Shown here: piece after piece, positions 1-12,823 of the stretch
How positions within the stretch are numbered: the stretch's first letter is position 1
How the letters are laid out: every line of letters begins with the position of its first letter
Source: Minutocellus sp. GHC0000111
Lineage: Eukaryota
Assembly (NCBI GenBank): GCA_977018835.1
Contig: OZ361256.1
Coordinates: 2,728,001-2,792,000, forward strand
Length of the DNA stretch: 64,000 nt
Direction: 5' to 3'
Program-made: the position numbers and the translations under genes
Notes under the pieces: model-generated
What the model was told of the DNA's origin: nothing
Databases searched by the model: none
Seen by the model: the letters and a program-made list of their open reading frames with translations, nothing else

Positions 1-821
1 AAGAACTTGTAGTACAGATACTTTTTCCCTTTGCGGTGATATAGGTGGGCCAACCAGAAGCTTGCCTCAAAGTGTCTAGCGCTTGCTGCTACCTCCAAGC
101 ACGGTACGAGACTGACCCAATCCCTCATGTCGTGGCACAAATATGCCTTCTGTATAAAAAGAAAGGGATCTTTTCCCAATGTCACATCTTTTTCGATCGT
201 CACAAAGTGCGAAGAATCGAGAAGCTCGCTTGCTTTTTGTAAATCTCTTTCGATTCCAAGTCCAAGGTGTCCAACGGTATACATTTGAGCCAAGATGCGG
301 GCGGAAGGTGCATAGACTTTGCCAGTACTAACGGCCCTTTCCAAAAGACTCAGTCCGAGCTTCGGTGCTGGCTTCGCCACCACCGATGTTGATTCTGCAG
401 GGCCCATGCCACAATGATACATCCCTAAAAAGTGCTCTGCAAATTTTATCCCTTTTGCGGCCTTTGCGAAGAGTAGCCGTTCACATTCCTGTCGTGTACT
501 CGGCAAAGGAATGCCGCACATGTGACAATGAGAGGCATTCATGCTGTGCTTTAAACAGAGGCAAGTGACGCACACGTAAATGCCACAACACGGAATGAGG
601 GCGACGACCACGTCGTCGTAGAAAGGATTTGTCTCCGCACAGCATATCGGGCATTCCAAGCGCTCTCCGATGGCACTATGCTCAAAGTCCGTCGGTCGGC
701 CCAGCACCAACGGAGTCGACGAGTCCTCCGCCACGAAAAGCCGCGCAGAAGCCAGGGAAAAGTCATCCTTCGCGGATTTCTGGTCAGCCCATGCCCGGGC
801 CAAGGCCTCGCTAGATGCCAT
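1..821 (-). CDS. RING-finger + Sel1-like repeat protein (3' end runs off window)
   Basis: Not in the ORF track because it lacks a stop. Hand translation from ATG 821 is open to base 1: ECPICC...IPCCGIYVCVTC...CHMCGIPLP (RING-like), then Sel1-like segments AAKGIKFAEHFLGMYH and LAQMYTVGHLGLGIERDLQKA. Confidence 0.75.
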   Translation of the reverse strand, partial: MASSEALARAWADQKSAKDDFSLASARLFVAEDSSTPLVLGRPTDFEHSAIGERLECPICCAETNPFYDDVVVALIPCCGIYVCVTCLCLKHSMNASHCHMCGIPLPSTRQECERLLFAKAAKGIKFAEHFLGMYHCGMGPAESTSVVAKPAPKLGLSLLERAVSTGKVYAPSARILAQMYTVGHLGLGIERDLQKASELLDSSHFVTIEKDVTLGKDPFLFIQKAYLCHDMRDWVSLVPCLEVAASARHFEASFWLAHLYHRKGKKYLYYKF

Positions 822-1704
822 GGCTATTCCTTCCAACCGTTAACGATACTACCTGACTACCCCTGCACCATCAGCCTCGGGTTCCAATGGCGTGGAAGCA
901 GAGCAAGATACCTTCTTATCTTCTCGCTTCTCGCTCACTCGCTCGTCGGCTCTCGATCTCGGCGCTCGCCTCGGCGTATGCCTCGCTCGCCCTCATTTTG
1001 CAATGGAACGAGTCGATTGAGTCGTCACTTTGTTAAACGTCTTACCAACAACACCGAAATGGTCGTCCATTGACCCTGTGTTCTTGTACGAGCTCCACCA
1101 ATTTCTCAAACATAGCAAATCTGCTAAAATGGTACGAGGTCTGAAAATATTTTAAAAAGCTCCCACCAGGACCTAAACCGTTCCAACCCACCACCCTCAT
1201 TCTTGTTCTGACCCGCCTTTGGCCACCGAAGCAATCGATCGGGTAAGGGAAAGCGGTAGCAACAGACCACAGCCACAATCGCGTTGGCAATCGACCACCG
1301 CACCCCCCAGTTGCATCTATCTGTCTTGGATCCGGCGAGTGGAATTCATTCGACTCGACTCTCGACGGTACCGCCTCTCGCTCTTCATTCTTTCGACCGG
1401 CGGCGCGGCCTTGTGCTCACTTTCCTCACTTGCAACGCCGGCGCAACCGCGCAGCTGCTGTCGTAATTGCGACTCCACTCCCATCGTCCGTCTGTTTGGG
1501 TACTTGACTTCAAGTCGGTCTGTTGCGGAACTAAACCTTTCATCGAGCGCATCTTGTGTCGTACTTGGGATTGTGGCCGAGAAAAACCGGCACGATCTGA
1601 ATTGAATTTGAAAAACAGAAAAAAAAACAGCACATACCACATACATACATTGAACCCCGAAGGTCGATTTGAATTGAATCGAAGTTGAACAATTGGGAAC
1701 CAAA

Positions 1705-4512
1705 ATGGCCGGCCTCAAGTCCAAGATGCTGGCCCGGGGCCGGAAGATGACCGGCAAGCCGTCGTCCTCTGCCGCGTCGGTCGCCTCGTCTACTGCCAAA
1801 TCGGCCGCCGCGTCGTCCTCCGAGGCCGCCAGGGCCGCCGCCGTGGCCAAGCTGGCGGCCATCCGCAAGGAGAAGGAGGCCGCGGCCGCCGCTTCTACGG
1901 CCGCCGCCTCGACTTCACCCGCCGCCGCCATTGACGACGTCGACAGCCCGTCGAACCGGACCGCCGCCACCTCGGCCATGGCCACTCCCTCACCGACCAA
2001 CAATACCAACAATGCCAACATTTCCACCTCCTCCAGCACGGCGTTGGACTACTCCCGCGACGGCGAGGGGGAGGTGGAGGCGGCGGCCATCTCCCGTACC
2101 GCGGTAGACGTGGACGACACCGACTTCGAGGACAACGAGGGAGAGCAGCCCAGCACGGTAGTAGAGAGTTTGGATCTGACGGGGACCTTGGAGGAGGTCA
2201 ACCAGATCCTCGGCATTGCCCCTGCTGCTGGTGCTGCGGTTGGTGCTGGCGCTGCTACGGCTGGTAGCGGTGCTGTTGGTGCGGCAGCTGTCAGCCCCGA
2301 TGCCGCCGCTGCTGCGGCTGCTCCCGCGGCCGATGCCAATATCCGCACCTCCTCTGCCGACATGGACCAGACCGCCCCCTCGGCTTCCACCGCGACGCCG
2401 ACGCCGACGCCGACGACGGCCGCCGTGGCCAAGCTCACGGCCGCCCGGCAAAAGGCCGCCGCCGCGCCGGTCGACAAAAGCCTCTCATCCGAGATGGACT
2501 ACAGCCAGTCCTACGACTATACGTCCTATGCCGATGACGAGGATTCAGAGGACCTCGAGCCCGAGGTGGGGATCGAGGTGCAGCTCGAGGAGCCGAGCTT
2601 GGCTATCGGTGGTGGTGTGGACGAGGCCGAGAGCACGATGGGTGGCATCAGTGCCATTGGCAGCATTGGCAGCGGCATCGTCATCCAGGAGCCCAGGGAG
2701 GAGAAAAAAATTGTGGCGGTAGAAGAGGAAGAGGAAAAGGAGGTGGATGACGGCAGCGAAGAGAAGGAAGAGGAGGAGGTATCCAAGATCCAGGCCGAGA
2801 ACGAGCGACTCCGCAAGAGCAACGAAACTCTGGAGGCCAAGGTGGAGAACGTGGAGCTGCGCGAGATCAACGAAACTTTGCAGGCCAAGTTGGACGCCAA
2901 ACGTCGTGCTAGTCAGACCAAGGTGGCAGAGCCAGTTCAGACCGCAACGGAAGCGGAAGCGGAAGCGGAAGCGGACGCGGAAGCGGACGAGGCTGCCCCG
3001 ACTCGATCGGAGGACCCGATCGTTACGCCCGAGGCGGTTGCCGCTGCGTCGGGTGCCGCGGTTGCCGCCGCGGTGGTAGCAGCCCCTGCTGCCACGCCCA
3101 GCGATGCCAGCGCCAATGTCAACACCGCCGCCGACGCTGACGCCGACGCCGCACCTCCCACCCAGAAGGGACTCGGCCTCGGCGTTTCCAAGTTTGCCGA
3201 CGAGGCCGGAAACGCCCTCGACGAGTTCAGCAGCTTCGTCAATACCATGACGGCGTCGGTCACCGAGGCCGTCCAGCCTGGACTCGATTCGGTCCGCAAG
3301 ACGCTCAACTTTGGTACCGCCTCGCCGTCGCCGCCCGCGACGGGGGAGGACGGGAGCAGCTCGGTGGTTGCGGGAGCGGCCGCTGCCGTCGCTGCCGTTG
3401 CCGGTTTGACCGCCGCTGCAGTTGCTGGAGCTGGAGCTGGAGCTGCATCGGTCGATAAGGACAAAACTCTGGAGGAAACCGCCGACAAAACCGCTACCGA
3501 AGCGGCAGTGACCCCAGCAGTTGCACCTGCGGTCACGCCCGATGCTCCCATCGCTGCCGCACCCTCTACTGACGGTGACAATAACACGTCGTTCGGTTCG
3601 AAGGCAAGTGGGGCGGCCAAGACTCTTCTGGCCGCCTTCAACTGTGCTAGCAATGATACGACCGACCCCAAAAAGGAAGCCGAAGGCGGACAGCAGGCTG
3701 TCGAGTTATCCCCCTCCTCTATTTCCCTGCTCGAATCACCCAGTGCTCTCACTTCGACCACCAAGGCCAAGGAGGAATCGCCCAGCACTCTCACTTCGGC
3801 TGCAAAGGCTGAGGAGGATGCCGCCACTGCTCGGTTCCTAAAGGAAATTACAGAGGAGGGCATCGTCCTGCTCTTGCACCAGGCTCCGAATCCCAATGGA
3901 AGCAACCCAACCTCGGACTGGACACAAAAGATTGTGAGAGTATACATGAAGCCTGGCAGTGGCGGTGCCGTTCAGCCCAAGCTAGTCTGGGCGAGAAATA
4001 AGTCGTTGCCCCTCACACGAAACAAGACCGGAGGAATACCCGAGGCTGAGGCCGGGGAGAAGAAGATTCGTTGGACGTCGCTGGATTTGCTCGGTATTCA
4101 CTCGATTATGGGCGCAGCTGATGGCGACAAGCCAACCGACCCTGTCGCAGAAACAGAGGAGGGAAAAGATAAGGCGGAGGAGAAGGACAAGGAAGACAAG
4201 GAGGAGAAAGAGGAGGCCGGAGACACTGACGCCGAGAGTGGCGAAGGGGAGCAGTCTTGCTTCTTCACCGTTACATCTGGAAAGGGATCCGAATTTGAAG
4301 CAATGACACCAGAGGAGAGAGATCGAGTCTCCAAGGGCTTGCAGTCCGTGATAACCGGACTGGCTCATGCCCTCATCACCGGTGACGTTGATAAGTATGT
4401 CGCCCTCGTAAAGGATGCTCGTGACGAGGAGGCAGAGGAGGAGGGCGAGCTCCCATCGCTCCGAACGCCTGCTCAGGCAATGAATGATATTGCTCATTCT
4501 CTTTTGGATTAA
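1705..4512 (+). CDS. Ala/Glu-rich low-complexity protein with coiled coil and C-terminal PH-like domain
   Basis: About 935-aa ORF with first ATG at 1705 and GC3-rich codons; heptad stretch KIQAENERLRKSNETLEAKVE; C-terminal FFTVTS..EFEAMTPEERDRV..GL resembles the end of a PH fold. Confidence 0.75.
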   Translation: MAGLKSKMLARGRKMTGKPSSSAASVASSTAKSAAASSSEAARAAAVAKLAAIRKEKEAAAAASTAAASTSPAAAIDDVDSPSNRTAATSAMATPSPTNNTNNANISTSSSTALDYSRDGEGEVEAAAISRTAVDVDDTDFEDNEGEQPSTVVESLDLTGTLEEVNQILGIAPAAGAAVGAGAATAGSGAVGAAAVSPDAAAAAAAPAADANIRTSSADMDQTAPSASTATPTPTPTTAAVAKLTAARQKAAAAPVDKSLSSEMDYSQSYDYTSYADDEDSEDLEPEVGIEVQLEEPSLAIGGGVDEAESTMGGISAIGSIGSGIVIQEPREEKKIVAVEEEEEKEVDDGSEEKEEEEVSKIQAENERLRKSNETLEAKVENVELREINETLQAKLDAKRRASQTKVAEPVQTATEAEAEAEADAEADEAAPTRSEDPIVTPEAVAAASGAAVAAAVVAAPAATPSDASANVNTAADADADAAPPTQKGLGLGVSKFADEAGNALDEFSSFVNTMTASVTEAVQPGLDSVRKTLNFGTASPSPPATGEDGSSSVVAGAAAAVAAVAGLTAAAVAGAGAGAASVDKDKTLEETADKTATEAAVTPAVAPAVTPDAPIAAAPSTDGDNNTSFGSKASGAAKTLLAAFNCASNDTTDPKKEAEGGQQAVELSPSSISLLESPSALTSTTKAKEESPSTLTSAAKAEEDAATARFLKEITEEGIVLLLHQAPNPNGSNPTSDWTQKIVRVYMKPGSGGAVQPKLVWARNKSLPLTRNKTGGIPEAEAGEKKIRWTSLDLLGIHSIMGAADGDKPTDPVAETEEGKDKAEEKDKEDKEEKEEAGDTDAESGEGEQSCFFTVTSGKGSEFEAMTPEERDRVSKGLQSVITGLAHALITGDVDKYVALVKDARDEEAEEEGELPSLRTPAQAMNDIAHSLLD

Positions 4513-4874
4513 ACGTATGAAATATTGATCTCGCAAGTGGCAGCGTCTCTTCGAACTTATCCCTACCAGAGCATTGTGCAGTCGGATATCGCGATATCTC
4601 GTGTCATCCGTGCCTGTGCCAGAAATAAGGAGAGTTTGATGACTTTGCGCATCGGTGAGATCGTTACTTTTCAGGATTCATGTTTTGTGGCGATTTGTTG
4701 AATTGTATGTGCCCCTCAAGTTCATAAATATAAACGATACAGAGTTAAAATTTATCTTTCTGTGCTAGCGACTAAATTCGGGCAGCCACACGGAGAGATG
4801 ATGATATTATGTTCGGCTCTTGGTGCTACATCAAGTTACATTCATCACTACACATCTATATCATCCAAATATAT

Positions 4875-5726
4875 TCATCGCACTAATCCGCCGAGACTTT
4901 CGTAGTCGCTGTTTCGTTTCTTTCTTTGGATAAAGACCGCCAACAGCCCGACAGCAGCAACGACACAAGTTTCAATGGTTATAATTTTCACCATGCTCGA
5001 GGTAACGACACCTTCGGAATAGAACCAGATGAGTTGCAAAGTAAGACAGACATTCTGAAAGATGGTCAACTCGGCCAAGAGCTCATTATCATCATCAGTC
5101 CCATACATGACACCAAATCCGTATAGGATGAACATCTCAAAGGCATAGACACTGATTGCCTGCGAGAAAAAGTGATAGACACCACTGGATGATTTATCAG
5201 ACTCTGCGAAAACGTCGCTGTAACCAAATACATCCGAGTTCACGTATACCCAACAAAGGAGGAAGAGGGCATACGCTCCATTGAATATCTTGGTCATTCC
5301 GCCTCTCGTTGGGTTCTCACATCCAGCAAGTGGTAGATCACCCCAAACAGCGGTCGACAGGATGAGGAACAACGCGATCTGTACCGACACTTCGGCAACG
5401 TGGATGCCGACGGGCATGATGCCCGAGGGCGTTCGACCGGCCATTATTGCCGCAGATATCTGAGCCGACACGCAGTACATGGCTACGAACGCCAACCGTT
5501 TCTTCTTGGGAACGTCATCATAGGCAATCGTTGTCAGGAGGAAGAAGCCGACGCCAATAACAAATATCAGCGTGCCGACGATTGATAATAGAAACAGCTC
5601 GTCTTGTGAACAGCTCCGGCCAGTGAGGATCGAGCACGTGTCGAACAGGTTGAAGATGGATGCGACTCCATAAATGATCTGAACCAGCGCAAAGAGCTGC
5701 AGTTGCGGCGAGTTGGTGAGCGGCAT
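4875..5726 (-). CDS. Multi-pass membrane protein of unknown function
   Basis: About 8 hydrophobic segments in two similar halves; ATG at 5726; C-terminal basic cluster followed by DYESL. Confidence 0.7.
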   Translation of the reverse strand: MPLTNSPQLQLFALVQIIYGVASIFNLFDTCSILTGRSCSQDELFLLSIVGTLIFVIGVGFFLLTTIAYDDVPKKKRLAFVAMYCVSAQISAAIMAGRTPSGIMPVGIHVAEVSVQIALFLILSTAVWGDLPLAGCENPTRGGMTKIFNGAYALFLLCWVYVNSDVFGYSDVFAESDKSSSGVYHFFSQAISVYAFEMFILYGFGVMYGTDDDNELLAELTIFQNVCLTLQLIWFYSEGVVTSSMVKIITIETCVVAAVGLLAVFIQRKKRNSDYESLGGLVR

Positions 5727-6133
5727 GGTCGTGGCGGTGGCAGCAAAAATGAAGTCAAGGCTCAAAGAGCAAAGATACTCAGCTCAAGGCGACGGACAGA
5801 CTGAAAAATTAACGAAAACACCCGGTGATTCAATAGATTCATGTGGCCTTCCTCGATGAATGAGACCAAGTCAATGCAAGAAGAAGCAGATAGTTGAATG
5901 AAAGGGATGTGATAGCCCACTGCCTGGAGCGCAACGAAGCATACTCTCCCATTGAATTTTCCACTAGATCTACGTTTTGTCTGGTTGCTGACTGTATCAA
6001 TCATTCGTGCACTCAATCCAGAGGCCAGAACTGAACAAAGCGGCGCACGACAAGATCTGACCTGACACTTGACGTGACACGGCCGAACATTAGATTTCAC
6101 TTGCAACATAACAAGCTTGCTCATTTAAGAAGA

Positions 6134-9100
6134 ATGAGCCGAGCCAAGATGCGCCCTGCTGCCGCCACAGAGCAAGAATGCGCCGCCCCGCCTGACATCA
6201 TCCCATTATCGAGTGCTGCTCATGATCCCCAACAATTTCTGTCGTGGATTTCCATCACCATCCTAGTTCTACTGTTTCTATTCTTCCGATCCGTCGCTGG
6301 GCCCTACTTTCGTCGTGATGAGAATTCTGGCAACAGATCTGCGTCTGCCAGCAGTGGCGATGCATCGAAATTTTACTTCAACCTCATGTTCACGCTGTAC
6401 ATTTGGTTGGCATCGGCATCATTTCTCACCATATTTCCACATATATTTGGTGGCGAGGGGAATGCGATTCTCAGTGCTGCGCTGTTCTTTCCCATGTTCT
6501 TTGCAACCTTATCGGCGATCCTGGCGGGACGTTTCGCTGTGCGAACCATTTATTACTTTTCAATGACAACCCGCATGGTCGAAGAGGCTGGGATGGAGGC
6601 ATGGAAAAACAAGAAGAGGCAATCGACCGATGCACTGACCACCTTGGGGGGCTCTGCTATGCCCTCCCCGAATGAAGCATTTCGCGAAACGATTCATTCC
6701 AAGATGCCACAGCTAAAGTTGGTGGCGTTTCAGCGTCCCTTTCGCAAGTTGATCAAGATATCAGCAGGAGTATCCGCCATTGTTTGCTTCCTCTACGCAC
6801 ATTGTTGGTCATCCAAGCTATCCGCCTTCAAAGTTATTCGATCGGATGGGGCAGGCCCCGTATGCCGAGCTGTCTTTTCTCCCTTGGCATTCGGTGGTCT
6901 TTCCAAACAAAATATCATGGGTGGTCTGGAGTATGGGCATGCAGATCGTGGGGCCGATGAAACGTGTATCTGGTTCGTTTGGGCGACATGTTGTTTGGCC
7001 AACGTTATAATGTTTGCCCAAGATGAATTCGCTGGGAAGCATCGAATCAAAGATGATGAGATGGACGGAGGGGATGATATTGTCATTGAGACGGTAGAGA
7101 GCAAAGGGCAAACCTCGTCACCTCGAGCACAACGGTTGAAGAAACGGCTACCATTCATCAACAGGGCCAATAATGGACCACAAGATACTTTGCCGATGGT
7201 CCCCTGGTACTCAGTGGTTCTTATCTACTCAGTGTTTGATGATCTGTTGGTAGCCTTCAAGGTATTTTTGGGTCGCTATGATGCGCGAACAATGCAGCCG
7301 GCCCTTCACAAGTCTCGACGAAAAAATTGCTCAAACAATGAGATGGTCGAGCGAACGGAATCTGAGCCGATGGGAAAGAATTGGGACCGTCTCAAGTGCG
7401 ATTATTCTGGATGTCTATTTGACATGAGCACCCGCGGGGAATGGTTTGATTTTGCAGCCGATACAGGTGATGGATTTGACTCGACTTATCAAGTAGCAAG
7501 GATGTTGGCGCAGCCAAATATTACGGTACTGAAAGATGGAAAGAAACAAACTCTACCCCGTGGTGATTTTCTCGTCATTGGTGGCGATCTGGCCTATCCC
7601 GACCCAGAGCCTGAAACGTATGAGAAGCGTTTCTTTCGGCCCTTTGAAGATGCATTGCAGCCCCCACCTTGTTTCCGGCGCAGGGCTATTTCAACTCGAA
7701 AACCGTCTCTCCCGGTGAAGGGTTGGACGGACTCGGACGATGGAGACGTTGAAAGTTATAGAGGGCCGTGTGCATTCGCAATACCTGGGAATCACGATTG
7801 GTTTGACGGTTTGGTAACTTATACCCGATTCGTGCTCGGGCGTGATTGGCTTGGCGGCTGGCTCATCCCTCATGATCGATCGTATTTTGCGTTGAAGCTA
7901 AGGTGTGGATGGTGGCTCTTCGCGGCAGATCTGGGTTTAGCCGCCGATATTGATTTGGAACAATTCAAGTTCTTTGCCGATGTTGCTTCGTCGATGGATG
8001 CTTCAGATTCAGTAATCATTGTCACCCATGAGCCACATTGGGTGCTTGATCCAGAATACAACGCCAAAGAATTGGCAGAAGAGAATCTGCGAGAGCTGAT
8101 GGACACACATTTACGAGGAAGAGTACGATTGTGGCTAGCTGGGGACCTCCACCACTACACAAGGCATTCCCCCATCTTTTCTCCACTGTCACCCCTGTCG
8201 AACACCAAGCGATCTATTTCTTTATCTGAAAATAAGTCGAGTGATACTGAAAATGTCATCACTGAAAATGCTGCAGCGAATGACCCAGAGCTGATAGTGT
8301 CTGGTGGAGGTGGCGCCTTTCTGCATGGTACACATGTGAGTTTATCTTGTAGGGAAGAAATAGATTGAGCCCCTGCGCCCACGCCCTCTATCTAACCTTT
8401 TTTACCATTTTCTTCTTCTTCTTACCTACCAGACTTTTCACAAGTTCATCAACGTGGGCGAGAGCCAGCAAAAGTACAAGCGCGTATCGGCCTACCCTGA
8501 CGAAAAGACTTCGATGACACTAGGTTCCATCAACATTCTTCACTTTCGTTTCCGGAACTGGAGATTAGATATCATCTGGGCTGGAGCGTCGATGGGGATC
8601 GCGTCATCTCTCTTTCCAATGTGTGGAATTTATGAGAACTACTTGGAGCATGCCCATGATCAAGGGCCTCTTGCACTATTTTTATGGCTCGTGTCGACAA
8701 TGACTTCCTTATTTGGCGAAATACTCCTGTCCGGACGTGCTTCGTTATTCTTTACAGTTGGAGTTACACTCGCCCTCTATGCACTCACCGATACCAAGCC
8801 AAAGCCTCTGGTTCATCTACTCATCAGTCTTGGGCATGCTGCAGCACACATAATCGTATCACTTTTCTGCCTAATCTTGATTGAGTGTCTTGTTGAATGG
8901 CTTGCCGTAGACGGCATCGTCAAAATATCGTCTGTGGTTACGAAAGGGAGGGGCAAATTGAGCCCGGAGCCTTTGATCCATGGTGATGGCATGTCGGATC
9001 TTGCATCTTGTTTATACGATGAATACACAACACACTGGAGCGGCGCCCTCGCCAATTTTACTGGAAATATCACAGAACATATGAATAACATGACAGCTTC

Positions 9101-9824
9101 TGCTTCCTCTGTCCTTGATGAGAGTAATATTGGTCACATGAACATCTTGGAAAGGATGCATGCCTATCTCTTCGGCTCTGCTGCCGACCTTTTCGCCTGG
9201 CTTTGCGACCTACCAATTTTATCATCGACGCTCTATGTGTTCGATCTTCCTGGCCTTGTTGCTACAAAGCACTATCAAATGTGCGAGGTGCTGTGTGCAG
9301 ATGGAGCCGAATGCATGGTCTCCAGCGACTTGACCAAGTATCTGCTCATTGAGCGCAAAACTTTGGTCGTGTATCTTTGTGCCGTTTTCCTGTACTTTGC
9401 CATCATGGCCGTCCCAACAGCTGGCGGTGTCTTTGGCACATGGCTGGCCATTATGCTGAATATATTCCACAACCAATACAACGAAGGCTTTTCTTCGTTG
9501 CGCATACCCCATTGGAAGAATTTTCTCAAGATTCATATTGATGATAAAGGCGAGCTCGAGGTCTATTGCGTTGGTCTGCATCGCGTCCCCTTACGTTGGA
9601 CGAGAGATCCCGAATGGAGTGAGGAGGGCGACAAAGACAATCCTGTCAAACGAATGCCATCTTGGCACCAGAAAAGGCCGAGCAAGTGGATACCTTTGAA
9701 GGAATCACCAAAGTTCCAACCGGAGATTGTGGACTATGTGCGAATTTCAAAGAGAAGCACCAGGAACCCAGCTGCAAATGGAGCGGATGGTACCAAACAG
9801 CGTCGCAGGGCTTCGTCATTTTGA
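6134..9824 (+). CDS. Membrane calcineurin-like metallophosphoesterase (2 exons: 6134-8335, 8433-9824)
   Basis: Motifs ADTGDG, GGDLAYP, PGNHDW, THEP, AGDLHHY, SGGGGAFLH. Intron 8336-8432 (gtgag...taccag) joins GTH|TFHKFINVGE in frame. Transmembrane segments in both exons. Confidence 0.9.
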
Positions 9825-9973
9825 GTCGAGAGAGGCTCGAGTATTCAGGTGCTTTGAATAAACAAATAGATTTAGATAGATGTACAAATAAATTGAATAG
9901 AGAGATGCATGTTTCGCTTCCATCACTGCAGGATTCCAATTTCGTTCCTGTCCTGCATATTCATACCATCCTT

Positions 9974-11083
9974 TTATCTCGTCCTCATGGTCGACTTGGT
10001 TGCCGAGCATACGCCCTCACCGCACGCACGGAAGGGTTGGCAGACACTTGCCTCCTGGTCAAATACGCCGTTGCAATTTCGGCTTTCATCGCTCGCACCG
10101 GCACCGGTCACCACGTTGCCGCTGGCGCAGGTCCCACCAACCTCGGCAACATGGCCCGAGGACCAAATTGCCGGGCCGTCGGTCTCGGCTTTGTTGCCCA
10201 CAAAGCAGCAATCGTTCATCACCATGCAGGCACCGGGAGAGTTCATAATGGCCCCACCGACGCCGGCACCATCTTCAATGTTGTCGCTGGAATCAAAGAA
10301 GGGTGTGGCCACATTGTCCAAAAAGCGAGAGGAGACGACCATCATGGTACCACGATTTTGCAGGGCCGTGCCAACATTCTCGGAGAAGACCGAATCAATA
10401 ACGTGGCTGAGTGATCCCCACTTGGCATCGACGACGGATCCCTCTCTGTTATCAGGACTCGAGTTGCTGTATGGTGGATTTGGAATGTAGATGAGATTGA
10501 TAAGATGATGTTAGCACAAAACCATCCCTGAGAATTTTGAATCGAAAGATACGCATTGCAATGACAGACCAGTTCAAACCAAAGCACAATTCAATAAAAA
10601 GGCAACCTCTACTACTCACCCAATGATGGCCATGTCGATCAGCTTGCCCCCCTTGGTCTGCTCGGAGAATACTACCGCACCACCACGAGACCCCTTGAGG
10701 GTCAGTCCCTGCACCCAAACATTGTCCGCACCAATTTCAATCATGGGGGTCAAATCGTCATCCTCAACCTCCTCCATTTTCTTGCCACGGACCACACAAT
10801 CGTCACCATCCTTGTCCTTCATGCATTGGATGAATATTTGCTGACTAAGCTCCAATGTGGGTTCGTCGTCGGATTTGGTAATGGAGAAGGGACAAAGGAG
10901 TATGTGTGGTCGGGTGCCCAATGCGCCGATGGAGAGGGCAGCCTGGACGACCGAGCGGAGGGTCGTCCAGGAGTTGATGGTGATGCATTCGCATGTTGAG
11001 GCGGACGCAGTGGGCAGGGAGGAAAGAAGACCCACCGAGAGGAGGAGGAGGGTCCGTAGGTATTGGTACGCCGGGGAATTCAT
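9974..11083 (-). CDS. Secreted protein with pectin-lyase-like beta-helix repeats (exons 11083-10620, 10466-9974)
   Basis: Signal peptide. Intron 10619-10467 (gtgagt...atacag) joins IIG|NSSPDN in frame. GGAI / F..N repeats (FSENVG, FLDNVA, GGAIMN, FVGNKA, GPAIWS). Confidence 0.75.
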
Positions 11084-11665
11084 TCTGCGTATTGATCGAA
11101 AGTAGAAGGAGTGTGTTCGCTGATCGATCGTTGATGTGTGCCGTTTTTTTCAGAGAGTGGAATTTTACGCCAGTCTGATTTTGCGCAGTCTCCGATGCTT
11201 GAATCCAATCCAAACCTACAAAAAGCGCAATGAATAATCCTGTGAAATGATAGGAAGAGCTAACGCTTGGCTGCGTTTGCTACGAACGGTAGTCAGTGTG
11301 CCGTGCCGGTATCTTGCTTTTGCAACGGCCATCGCTCGCTGATGATCATGGGCAGGACTAAAGTAACCCGGACATCAACAGTTCGTCTGGCCGTCGCTCC
11401 AAAATTCAGGAAAAGCTCAAGTCAAAATGAAAGAGGCAAGAATTAAGAAGAGAAGGCTGAGCAAAAGGAGGAGGGTGTTCCGTTGCTTCTCGATAGATGT
11501 ATGCGCCGCTACCAAGATATTGTTCTATTGATAGATAGTTTGGGCTGACTGCTAGCTGAAACGTTCGCTTTCGATGTGAAGGATAACATCTTGTGCTGCG
11601 AGTCGAGTGAGAGCAGGCCTTCGAATCTCCAATTCCCGTCTGTGCCACAAAGGAGCGTAGTAGCC

Positions 11666-12561
11666 ATGTTCTTCTTCGTTTGGTCCAACGATGGCGGTCC
11701 TCTCCAATACATTGGCCTTGCCTTGTTTCTACTTCAATTCGTCTCCGTGCCCTTCCCGTCGCTACTGCAGCATGCCTGGGCCATCGGAATTGTCATCATC
11801 CTTGGCCCCACCCTCTATGTCCTGTACCGGATGTATCGAGATGGTCTGACGTTGGGTCAAGTGCGAGATTTGACCGTGCAACGAGCTCGTGAGGGTGTCA
11901 ACAATGCATCGAACACCATCGCCGGTACTATCAATGGTAGAAATGGTGATAACAATGGCATAAGACCACAGGTTGTACTACTACTCGTTGGACTGATCGT
12001 GGTGTTCGTGTCGGTCATTGCGTCAGCGCTTGAAAGCGGTAATGCCTCCGCCCTTGTTGGTCTATTCCAGTTTGCTGCTATTGGTATGACCATGTACTCC
12101 ATGCGCAGAGGGGTGGAGCGCCAAGCTGATACCGGCGGTGATCGGCGAGGGAGCAGTGTCAATACTCTATCGGGCATCATTGATCTGGTTGCATTGATGC
12201 CAGTAGAGGAATACCTAGGTACATATCCGAGGACAGCTACGACAAGTGCAGTATCTCCCAACTAAAGAAGATGTTGGAGATAAGAAAGAATTGCAACGAA
12301 AGTAGTACCAGTGCCGCGACGCAAGACTTTGTGGAAAAGAGAGAATTGGTAGATGCGGTCAGAAAATGTCGCAAGTGCAGTGATTCCTGTATCATTTGCT
12401 TCGAGGAGTACAGTGCAGGAGATCCCATCCGTGTATTGCCCAAGTGTGGACATGAATTTCACGTCGAATGTGTCGATCAATGGGCTTACACGTACGCATC
12501 ATCGGCCAATCGACGGAATCAACAACCGTCGTGTCCGCTTTGTAAGGTTGCACTCAAGTAA
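11666..12561 (+). pseudogene. Membrane-anchored RING-H2 E3 ligase interrupted by an 8-bp palindromic insertion
   Basis: 4 TM segments, then RING-H2 CIICFEEY..LPKCGHEFHVECVDQW..CPLC in a different frame. Removing 8 bp at 12214-12221 restores EEY-ISEDSYDKCSISQLKKML. Confidence 0.75.
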
Positions 12562-12823
12562 TTTTGATACTAAACGAGAGGATACATAGGATGAGCATAC
12601 TATGTATTCGGAAACTATAGCTACGTAGGAAGTTTTGCGTTCTTTTATTACAATGTGTCGCCTGACTATGTTACATTGAGAAGGAGCCTCTTTTTCGCGG
12701 ATGATGAATCATGTTAGATGTGCATGTACCGGTTCACGTACTACTTACCGGTAGCTCTACCGTAGCGTCTTGAGATCTAGACTACCATGGTAGTACTGGT
12801 AGATCTACATGTGCTGTACCATT

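Noticed and set aside
915..995. CTCG-rich low-complexity stretch as a mobile-element end
   Set aside because: No regular period and no convincing partner inverted repeat.
4595..4750. U6 snRNA (AACGATACAGAG; GGATGACACG on the opposite strand)
   Set aside because: The two matches are on opposite strands and the rest of U6 is absent.
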